This document shows positions 37,596-45,371 of a stretch of DNA of 64,000 nt, in pieces. The notes beneath the pieces are model-generated. The model had not been told where the DNA came from. It did no database searches and was given only the letters and a program-made list of their open reading frames with translations. Made by a program: the position numbers and the translations under genes. The stretch's first letter is position 1; every line of letters starts with the position of its first letter. The DNA comes from Pseudomonadota bacterium (GTDB taxonomy: Bacteria; Pseudomonadota; Gammaproteobacteria; Xanthomonadales; SZUA-38), in assembly GCA_039195135.1 (NCBI GenBank), contig JBCCVP010000001.1, positions 33,839 to 97,838 of the forward strand, given 5' to 3'.

Positions 37596-39136
37596 GAAGC
37601 GGCCCTCGCGTAATCATCCGCCGCGCAAAAGCGCTCGATAAACGCGCCGTGCGGCGGCATCCGCTGGGCCGCCTCCTGGTAGACCCGACGCATGTCGTCC
37701 AGCGCCTGCTGCACTTCCTCCGCAGGGGCCGCCAGCGCCAGCGGGTCGCAGGCCTCCGGCAATACATTCTGCCCCAGCAGCACCGCCACCCAGCTAGTCA
37801 TGGAAAACAGGTCCGCCCGGTGGGAGAAAAACCGGCCGCGAGCGCGGAACAGATTCAGGTTTTCAAGCAGGGAATCGGGAATCGGCATGGTGCGCACCTG
37901 ATTCCAGAAATCGGTGTCGGTGCGCTGGGTGGCGTGGTAGTGCAGGACGATGAAGTCCCGGATGTAGTCGTACAGATTGCCCAGCAGCTGGTTGTAGCTG
38001 TCCCGCTCGCTTGCTGCAAAATTCTGATCGGGAAACAGCGCAATCAGTTTGCCCACCCCTTCCTGGATCAGATGGATGCTGGTAGATTCCAGCGGCTCCA
38101 GAAAGCCGGCCGACAGACCGACAGCCACGCAGTTGTGGCTGAAGAACCGGCGCCGGCGACCGGCGCGGAAGCGCAGAAAGTTGGGTTCCGCCAGCGCTTC
38201 CCCGTCCAGCGCCGCCTGAAGACGTTCGAGCGCCTGATCATCCGACAGGAAGTTTGAACAGTACACCTGACCGTTCCCAGTGCGATGCTGCAGCGGAATG
38301 CGCCAGCCCCAGCCGGCGTCGCCGGCGGTGGCGCGGGTGTAGGGACCAAACTGGGCGTTCGCGGCGGACGGTAGGGCCACCGCCCGGTCGCAGGGTAACC
38401 AGTGGCTCCAGTCCTCAAACGGAACGCCCAGCGTTTCCCCCAGGAGTAGGGAGCGGAAGCCGGTGCAGTCCACAAACAGCTGTCCCGCCACGCGCCGGTC
38501 ATCATCCAGCTTAAGGTGGGTGAGAAATCCGGACTCACCGTCGCGACCCACTTCGACAATGCGCCCCTCGATACGCTGCACGCCGCGGGCCTCGGCGTAG
38601 CGCCGCAGCAGAGCGGCGTAGCGGCCCGCGTCGATGTGGTAAGCATGACGCAGCTGCGACAGGGGAGAAAGGGGGTCCTGGGTATTGGGCCGGATAAATT
38701 TTTCTCCGCGCGCGGCGTGCCAGCCCAGCGTGTATTCGTCCAATGGCGCGGCGGTACCGGCCCGGTGCTGGCGCAGCCAGAACTGGTGAAACGGGATGTG
38801 GTTGATGTCGTAGCCGAAGGCGCTGAACGGGTGGAAGTAGCGCTCGCCCGGTTGGCCCCAGGAATGAAAATCGATCCCAAGCTTGAAGGATCCACCGGTT
38901 TCCCGAAGAAACTCATCCTCCTCGATGCCCAGCATGTGATTGAAGTCTGCGAGCGGAGGAATGGTGGCCTCGCCCACGCCGACGGTACCGATGGCGGCAG
39001 ACTCCACCAGGGAGATTTGGATCCCGGTCCCGGTGAGGAACCGGGACAGGGCCGCCGCCACCATCCAGCCCGCCGTGCCACCGCCGGCAATCACAATGGG
39101 CTGCACCGGGCCGGGCTGATCGCCAGGGGTGTTCAT
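37592..39136 (-). CDS. Tryptophan-halogenase-like FAD-dependent protein, paralogue 2
   Basis: I chose the ATG at 39136 (MNTPGDQPGPVQPIVIAGGGTAGWMVAAALS), which gives an ATGA overlap with the upstream stop. Motifs are GVGEATIPPLADFNHMLGI, DAGWGWRIPLQHRTGNGQVY and GFLEPLESTSIHLI. Confidence 0.8.
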   Translation of the reverse strand: MNTPGDQPGPVQPIVIAGGGTAGWMVAAALSRFLTGTGIQISLVESAAIGTVGVGEATIPPLADFNHMLGIEEDEFLRETGGSFKLGIDFHSWGQPGERYFHPFSAFGYDINHIPFHQFWLRQHRAGTAAPLDEYTLGWHAARGEKFIRPNTQDPLSPLSQLRHAYHIDAGRYAALLRRYAEARGVQRIEGRIVEVGRDGESGFLTHLKLDDDRRVAGQLFVDCTGFRSLLLGETLGVPFEDWSHWLPCDRAVALPSAANAQFGPYTRATAGDAGWGWRIPLQHRTGNGQVYCSNFLSDDQALERLQAALDGEALAEPNFLRFRAGRRRRFFSHNCVAVGLSAGFLEPLESTSIHLIQEGVGKLIALFPDQNFAASERDSYNQLLGNLYDYIRDFIVLHYHATQRTDTDFWNQVRTMPIPDSLLENLNLFRARGRFFSHRADLFSMTSWVAVLLGQNVLPEACDPLALAAPAEEVQQALDDMRRVYQEAAQRMPPHGAFIERFCAADDYARAAS

Positions 39137-40548
39137 CCGCCGGCCACCTCCCGTGGTTCGGCGGACAGCGCCGCGGCTAAATATTGATCCAGCGCAGGGA
39201 ATTCTGCCAAAACCTGATTGATACGCTGCCGCAGCTGCGCCAGCCGCGCCTCCCGCTCCCCGTCGGTCAGGCGACCCGCCAGGGGCGCAGGCTGCGCGGG
39301 CACCACGCCGCAGGCCATCAGACTGGCCGTCCAATCATCGTCCGTAACCAGCGTTCCGTCCTCAGGCATTACCCAGCCCCGCTTGGCAAAAAGGGCGACG
39401 CGGCGGGCCAACTCCGTATCCTCCATCCCGTCCGCGGACAGGCGGCCATGCCGCCGCCGAAGCTCGTAGAGCGACATCAGCCGCTGGCAGTCTCCGGCAT
39501 CCCGATGGAACAGCTGGTTGAACTCCCACGTCTCAGGCGCCGCGCAGCGGGCACCGGGAAGCAGGTCGACCAAGCGCCGAAGCGACTGATGCAGCAGCGA
39601 GGTGGGATGCGGCAGCAGCGGCGGCGCCAGGCAGGCCGCTTGACCAACGCTCACGCAGTTGCCATACCAGGGCTGGGCGGCATGGCCGGGCAGGAATCCG
39701 GTGGACGACTCGTCCACTTCAACACGCAGGCGGGCGGTTCGGGTCCGCAGCGGATATTTCACTGTCCAGCCGCGATCGTCCGGCAGGAAGCTATAGCAGG
39801 GTTCCCCGACTTGCCGGGCTTCGATAACCGGCTCGGCCAGCGACCAGCGGCAGGACCCGGGCGCCGGCTGCCAGCTTAGGTGGTCCTGACCGAGAACTCG
39901 GGCCATACCGCTGGCGTCGATATACAGGTCGGCGGTCATCTCATGCCCGTGCGCGTCCCGCAGCCCCTCGATGGCACCATCGCTGCCGCGCGTTACCCCG
40001 TGCAACGGAGCGTCGGCTTCGGCCGCGCCCAGGACAAGGGCCCGGGATTTCAGAGCCCCGGTCAGGGAAACAGGGTCAACCAGCCTGGCCATCTCATGCT
40101 GCAACGATTCGATCGCGTTGCGGTCCACCGGCGGCGCAAACACGCCGGCATGAATGGCACCGGCGGCGGGACTGAAGGCAAAAAAGTCGTCCGTGCCCCG
40201 GTCTTTTCGCGCTGCCACCCAGTGATGACAAAAGCCTGCTCCAGCCAGCGACAGGCCAACGGGACCAAAAGGCAGAATCTGATCGCCGTAGCGAGCCCCC
40301 AGCGCAAACGACCCGTCGTGCTCCTTGAGCAGCTGTAGGTCTGAAATCTTGAGAGACCTTAAGCAGTCGGTCGGATTGCTCGGCGCCAGTGCATACCAGT
40401 AGTCAAACGCCGGCGCCGGAGCTGCGCTGGGCCACACCGTCAATCGCTCCAGGCCGGGCGCCAGCTCCCGCGCCAGCACCGCGGCGGCGAGCCAGGCTTC
40501 GAAACCACTGCCGACAATGGCAACCTGACGAATGTCCCCAGTGCGCAT
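39133..40548 (-). CDS. Divergent, motif-degenerate member of the halogenase-like family, paralogue 3
   Basis: It has a Rossmann-like N-terminus (VAIVGSGFEAWLAAAVLA). GEATIP is absent. WxWxIP is replaced by GWTVKYPL, and EPLEST by CLAPPLLPHPTSL. It is still collinear in length with its neighbours and lies in the same overlapping gene chain. Confidence 0.6.
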   Translation of the reverse strand: MRTGDIRQVAIVGSGFEAWLAAAVLARELAPGLERLTVWPSAAPAPAFDYWYALAPSNPTDCLRSLKISDLQLLKEHDGSFALGARYGDQILPFGPVGLSLAGAGFCHHWVAARKDRGTDDFFAFSPAAGAIHAGVFAPPVDRNAIESLQHEMARLVDPVSLTGALKSRALVLGAAEADAPLHGVTRGSDGAIEGLRDAHGHEMTADLYIDASGMARVLGQDHLSWQPAPGSCRWSLAEPVIEARQVGEPCYSFLPDDRGWTVKYPLRTRTARLRVEVDESSTGFLPGHAAQPWYGNCVSVGQAACLAPPLLPHPTSLLHQSLRRLVDLLPGARCAAPETWEFNQLFHRDAGDCQRLMSLYELRRRHGRLSADGMEDTELARRVALFAKRGWVMPEDGTLVTDDDWTASLMACGVVPAQPAPLAGRLTDGEREARLAQLRQRINQVLAEFPALDQYLAAALSAEPREVAGG

Positions 40549-42053
40549 CAGGCGGCCGCCGGGCAGTAGTGACGCAGGAACTCGGCGTGATCTGGCATGC
40601 TGGCGGCGCTGGCGGCGATGCGCCGGCGCAGCTGCCGTAGCCGTTCGCGCAGCTGCTGTTCCGGCACGTCGTTCACCCGCTGATCATAGCCGGCGGGCAC
40701 AATTCGCTGGCCCAGCAGCACGGCGAGCCAGCTTGGCTCAAGAAACAGGCCCTGCTGATAGCTGGCGACCCGTCCCCGAGCGCGAAACAGCTCGAGTTTC
40801 TCCGCCAGCGAATCGGGTATCGATATCTTTCGGACCGCACGCCAGAACGCTGAATCGGTTCGCTCGCTGGCGTGATAGTGGAGAATCAGAAAATCGCGGA
40901 TGCGGACGAACTCCCGGTCCATGATGCGATTGTATTCTTCCCGTTCCAGTGCGCAGTCCCCGCTCAGGGGAAACAGATCAACCAGGTGAGTTATAGCCGC
41001 CTGGATCAGATAGATGCTGGTGCTTTCCAGGGGTTCAAGAAATCCACCGGCAAGCCCAACCGCTACGCAGTTGTGGTGCCACATCAGACGTCGCTTGCCG
41101 GTGACAAAACGAAGCGGCTTGGGGGCGGTGATCGCGGGGCCTTCCAGAGATTCCAGCAGATCGGCTGAGGCCTGATCCTCGCTGAGGTGCTCACTGCAGT
41201 AGACATAGCCGTTGCCCACGCGATGCTGCAGCGGGATGCGCCAGCGCCATCCCCCCGCCGATGCCGTCGCCCGGGTGTAGGGCTTTGGTGGTCCAGCAGC
41301 CTCGCACTGCAACGCCACCGCGCGGTCGCAGGGCAGCCAGTGCTGCCAGTTTTCGTAGCCGGCTTTAAGCGTTTGCTCGATCAGCAATCCTCGAAAGCCG
41401 GAGCAGTCCACAAACAGATCGCCGGCAATTTCCCGACCGTCCTCCAGCACCACCCTTTCGATATTGCCGTCGTCACCGCGGCACACAACGTTGACCACCC
41501 GCCCTTCGATTCGCTGCGCTCCAAGGGTCTCGGCATGGGCCCGGAGAAAAGGCGCGTAGCGGGTCGAATCGAACTGGTAGGCATAGCCGTAGGTAGACTT
41601 TGGACTGGCGGGATCCTCGTCCGGAAGATCAAAACGACCCTGGTAGGCCGCCACAATAGGGAGGGAATACTCGCTGATGGATCCGATTTCGTCCTCGCCG
41701 GCGAGCCGGCGCCAGTAGTGGTGAAAACCAACCCCGCCCGCGCTGACGCCGTAGGCACCGAACGGATGGATATAGGCGTCGCCCGGGCGCGCCCAGTCGA
41801 CAAATTCAATGCCCAGCTTGAAGGTGGCCTGGGTCGCCGACATAAACGCCGCTTCATTGACGCCGATGTTTTCATTGAAGCGGCGCAGATGCGGCAACGT
41901 GGCCTCCCCAACGCCGATAATGCCAATCGCCTCCGATTCCACCAGCGTCACCGCCACGCGCTCCGCGGGCAGCGCGGCAACAATGGCTGCCGCTGTCATC
42001 CAGCCGGCGGTGCCGCCGCCGACAACAACGACCTGGGTTTTCTTTTGCGACAT
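40548..42053 (-). CDS. Tryptophan-halogenase-like FAD-dependent protein, paralogue 4 (first gene of the operon)
   Basis: I chose the ATG at 42053 (MSQKKTQVVVVGGGTAGWMTAAAI). Motifs are GVGEATLPHLRRFNENIGV, AGGWRWRIPLQHRVGNGYVY and GFLEPLESTSIYLI. Confidence 0.8.
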   Translation of the reverse strand: MSQKKTQVVVVGGGTAGWMTAAAIVAALPAERVAVTLVESEAIGIIGVGEATLPHLRRFNENIGVNEAAFMSATQATFKLGIEFVDWARPGDAYIHPFGAYGVSAGGVGFHHYWRRLAGEDEIGSISEYSLPIVAAYQGRFDLPDEDPASPKSTYGYAYQFDSTRYAPFLRAHAETLGAQRIEGRVVNVVCRGDDGNIERVVLEDGREIAGDLFVDCSGFRGLLIEQTLKAGYENWQHWLPCDRAVALQCEAAGPPKPYTRATASAGGWRWRIPLQHRVGNGYVYCSEHLSEDQASADLLESLEGPAITAPKPLRFVTGKRRLMWHHNCVAVGLAGGFLEPLESTSIYLIQAAITHLVDLFPLSGDCALEREEYNRIMDREFVRIRDFLILHYHASERTDSAFWRAVRKISIPDSLAEKLELFRARGRVASYQQGLFLEPSWLAVLLGQRIVPAGYDQRVNDVPEQQLRERLRQLRRRIAASAASMPDHAEFLRHYCPAAA

Positions 42054-42214
42054 TGGATTTTTGGGAATTATTTTGACGTCGGCGATTTTTCGGTTATTCT
42101 TTGCGCAAATGCAAAATGACAACGCAAGCCATTTTGCCACACTTTACGACGAAAATGACAAGTTTCCAACACGCGTTGAAACATTTTGACGCCGCCCACC
42201 AGGGGATCTGACCG
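42054..42214. promoter_or_regulatory. Divergent control region between the halogenase-like operon and the TonB receptor gene, with palindromes that are candidate operators
   Basis: A relatively AT-rich 161 bp. TTGACG (42073-78), a 16-bp spacer and TATTCT (42095-42100) could be a + strand promoter. A perfect 10-bp palindrome TTTGCGCAAA lies at 42100-42109. A nested imperfect inverted repeat GTTTCCAAC-ACGC-GTTGAAAC lies at 42162-42182, with a central ACGCGT. AGGGGA occurs 9 nt before the ATG at 42215. Confidence 0.35.
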
Positions 42215-45200
42215 ATGGAAAGAAAGACGCACCGCCAATTTCGCTTGGACAAACTGGCCTACCACCTGAAGCTGGCCCTGCTGGGCATCAGCGCGTCGGC
42301 CCTGCCGGCCGCCGTGCTGGCGCAGGCCCCCGAGGAGGTGCGGGACGATGAAGACGCCGAGTCGATTGAAGAAGTGGTTGTGCGCGGTGTGCGCGGTAGT
42401 CTCCGGTCGTCCCAGGCGCTGAAGCGGGACTCGGACGTTTTTGTCGACGCAGTTACTGCTTCCGACATAGGCGCCCTGCCCGACCGTTCCATTACCGAGG
42501 TGCTGTCGCGGGTTCCCGGCGTCTCGATCTCCCGCTTCGCCGGCGCCAACGATCCGGACCACTTCTCGGTAGAGGGCTCCGGCACCGTGATTCGCGGGCT
42601 GGGATTTGTCCGCAGCGAACTCAACGGGCGCGACGTTTTCACCGCCGACGCGGGCCAGGCACTGGGTTTCGCCAACGTGCCGCCGGAGCTGATGCAGTCG
42701 GTGCAGGTGTTCAAAAACCAGTCGGCGGACATGATCGAGGGGGGCATCGGCGGCAGCGTCAACCTCGTGACCCGACGGCCTTTCGACAATCCCGCCGACA
42801 CGCTCCAGTTTTCCCTCGAGTCGAACTACTCCGACTTTCGGGAGAAGTGGTCTCCCACCGGCTCGGTGCTCTGGTCAGACCGGTGGGTGCAGGACGGCGG
42901 CAGCGAATTTGGCGCACTGCTTTCCGTGGCCTACTCGGAGCTGTTTTCCCGCGCCGACGGCACGCTCGTAGCGGATTGGCTTGATCGGGACAGCTCGGGC
43001 CAGTTTGTTCCCACCGGTGCCGGCGTGCGCACGCAGAATTTTGATCGCGAGCGCCTCGGCGTCGCGGGCGCCCTGCAGTGGGCCAACGCCGATCGCACGG
43101 TGGAGGCCACGGCCCAGTTTTTCCATTCGGCCTATGAAAACGCCTGGAATGAGCGGGCGATTGAGCCCAGCATTGACGACAGCCCGGCCATTTCCGCCCG
43201 GCCCGGCAGCTCTTTTTCCTTTGGCAGCAACGGCTTGTTTGAAAGCGGCATCATCTCCCAGAACGTCGGCTGGCGCTCCAACGATCCGGCCCTGCCCCTG
43301 AACGGCGTGCGAAACCTCGCGCTGGCCCGGCAGCGGGTCGAAGAGCCGGAGACCGACGAGCTGAGTTTCAACGTGAAATGGGCCGTTTCGGACCGGCTTC
43401 GCACGCAGTTTGATGTGCAGCACATCCGGTCGGACGTGAATGTGGCCGACTACACCGTCCACAACGCATTTTTTGCCGACTCCCAGATAGATCTCAACGG
43501 TGACGTCCCGCAGGTGGAATTGCTGGCACCGGTGGAAACGGATCCGGGCTATCTGGCCAGCCAGGACGCGTTCTACACCCGCTCCATCATGGATCATCTG
43601 CAGGACAACGAGGGGGACGAGACCGCCCTTCGCGCCGACGTCGAGTTCGATTTCTCCGGCGACAGCTGGGCCGAGTCGATCCGCTTTGGCGCTCGCTATG
43701 CCCAGCGCGAGCAGACTGTGCGCTACTCCACCTTCAACTGGGGCAACATGAGCGCTACCTGGAACGATCCGCTGCTCCTGAGCGAGGCGAACGCGCCGGC
43801 GGGGCTATACGAGGCCCAAACCTTCAGCGACTTTCAGCGCGGCAACGCGCCGGAGGTGAACGGGCTGCTGTTCTACTCCGGCGAGTTCAATCCCCAGGCG
43901 CTGCGCGCCCTGGCGGCCCTCTCTCCGGTTGCCAGCTGGGTGCCGCTGGAAGATCGCGGCGGCGTGATTCCGGGCACCGCATTTCTTCCCGGGGAGGTCA
44001 ATGAAGCCTCGCAGGACACCAGCGCCCTGTATTTCCGGTTTGATTTTGGGCGCGAGTTTTCCAACGGGATGAGCCTGAACGGCAACGTGGGCGTGCGCTA
44101 CGTGGACACGGACCAGTCCGCCGTCGGCGGGATCACATTCCCGGACATCAACCAGTTTCTCGATGCCGACGCCGACCTGGTGGCCCGCTGCACGCCCGAC
44201 GCCCCGGACGCGGATGTGTCCGGCTTCTGCCTTGAGGACGCCGCCACCCAGGCCGCCTTCGTAAACTGGGCCAACGGCACCAACATCATCATTGATGACG
44301 ACTACTCCTACGACAATTTCCTCCCCAGCCTGAACCTGAAATGGGGCCTGAACGAGGAAATGCTGGTGCGCTTCGGCGCGTCCCGGGCCATCAGCCGGCC
44401 GGACTTTGGACTTTTGAAGAGCTTTTTCTCGATCAACTTCGGTGGCGACGACCCGGTGACCGGACGCTGGCTTGGCCCCTCCGCCTCCACCGCAGAGGTT
44501 CGGCTGGATCCGATCGAATCCGATTCGTTTGACCTGTCTTTTGAATGGTATTTCGACGACGTGGGTTCGGTCACGCTGACGGCGTTTTACAAGGACCTGG
44601 ACAACTACATCGTTCCGTCCACCACCGTGCGCGAGTTCACCAACAACGGTGAGACGTTCCCGGTAACGGTAACCGGCGTAGGCAATTCTGATGAGTCCGG
44701 CACCATCCAAGGCTACGAACTCACGTATCAGCAGACCTACGACATGCTGCCCGGCTTCTGGTCAAATCTGGGACTGCAGTTCAACTACACCTACATCGAC
44801 TCGAGCGGCGTGCCCAACATCGGCGCCAATAACACCAGCGCCAACGGCACCTCCAGCGCACCCAATTTCGACGTATCCGATCTTGGACTGCCCGGCCTGT
44901 CGGAGGACACGCTCAACTTAACGGCCTTCTGGGAGAACGAAAAAGTCAGCGCCCGGTTGGCCTATAACTATCGCTCCGAGTTCACCCTCACAGTGCGTGA
45001 CGTCATTTTCCCCTTCACACCCATCGTGCATAACGACACCGGCACCCTCGACGGGTCGTTTTTCTATCGCTTCGGGGAAAACTTCGAGATTGGACTGCAG
45101 GCGGTCAACCTGACCGACGAAGTCACGGAAACCCTTGCTGTGTATAACGCCAATCTGGATCAGGCCCCCCGGTCCTTCTTCCGTAACGACCGACGGTTTG

Positions 45201-45226
45201 CCCTGATTTTCCGCGCTGCGTTTTAG
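42215..45226 (+). CDS. TonB-dependent receptor of the ~1000-aa carbohydrate-scavenging type
   Basis: 1003 aa. The signal peptide is LALLGISASALPAAVLAQA. The plug reads IEEVVVRGVRGSLRSSQALKRDSDVFVDAVTASDIGALPDRSITEVLSRVPGVSISRF. The C-terminus is ...FALIFRAAF. Confidence 0.9.
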   Translation: MERKTHRQFRLDKLAYHLKLALLGISASALPAAVLAQAPEEVRDDEDAESIEEVVVRGVRGSLRSSQALKRDSDVFVDAVTASDIGALPDRSITEVLSRVPGVSISRFAGANDPDHFSVEGSGTVIRGLGFVRSELNGRDVFTADAGQALGFANVPPELMQSVQVFKNQSADMIEGGIGGSVNLVTRRPFDNPADTLQFSLESNYSDFREKWSPTGSVLWSDRWVQDGGSEFGALLSVAYSELFSRADGTLVADWLDRDSSGQFVPTGAGVRTQNFDRERLGVAGALQWANADRTVEATAQFFHSAYENAWNERAIEPSIDDSPAISARPGSSFSFGSNGLFESGIISQNVGWRSNDPALPLNGVRNLALARQRVEEPETDELSFNVKWAVSDRLRTQFDVQHIRSDVNVADYTVHNAFFADSQIDLNGDVPQVELLAPVETDPGYLASQDAFYTRSIMDHLQDNEGDETALRADVEFDFSGDSWAESIRFGARYAQREQTVRYSTFNWGNMSATWNDPLLLSEANAPAGLYEAQTFSDFQRGNAPEVNGLLFYSGEFNPQALRALAALSPVASWVPLEDRGGVIPGTAFLPGEVNEASQDTSALYFRFDFGREFSNGMSLNGNVGVRYVDTDQSAVGGITFPDINQFLDADADLVARCTPDAPDADVSGFCLEDAATQAAFVNWANGTNIIIDDDYSYDNFLPSLNLKWGLNEEMLVRFGASRAISRPDFGLLKSFFSINFGGDDPVTGRWLGPSASTAEVRLDPIESDSFDLSFEWYFDDVGSVTLTAFYKDLDNYIVPSTTVREFTNNGETFPVTVTGVGNSDESGTIQGYELTYQQTYDMLPGFWSNLGLQFNYTYIDSSGVPNIGANNTSANGTSSAPNFDVSDLGLPGLSEDTLNLTAFWENEKVSARLAYNYRSEFTLTVRDVIFPFTPIVHNDTGTLDGSFFYRFGENFEIGLQAVNLTDEVTETLAVYNANLDQAPRSFFRNDRRFALIFRAAF

Positions 45227-45310
45227 TGGGACCCCGGTGGATCCCAGGGTCCTACCCAGGGGTCCACTAAAATAGTCCGCCGCGGCCGGCGGCTGACAAT
45301 TCCACGCCGG

Positions 45311-45337
45311 GCCGGGTCTGTGACCCGGCTTTTTTTT
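45311..45337 (+). terminator. Rho-independent terminator after the TonB receptor gene
   Basis: GCCGGGTC (45311-18), loop TGT, GACCCGGC (45322-29), then TTTTTTTT (45330-37). It is preceded by a further long imperfect hairpin, TAGTGGGACCCC...GGGGTCCACTA (45224-45269). Confidence 0.8.
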
Positions 45338-45371
45338 GCAGCTATTTTTTTGCAACTAATGGAATACTGAC

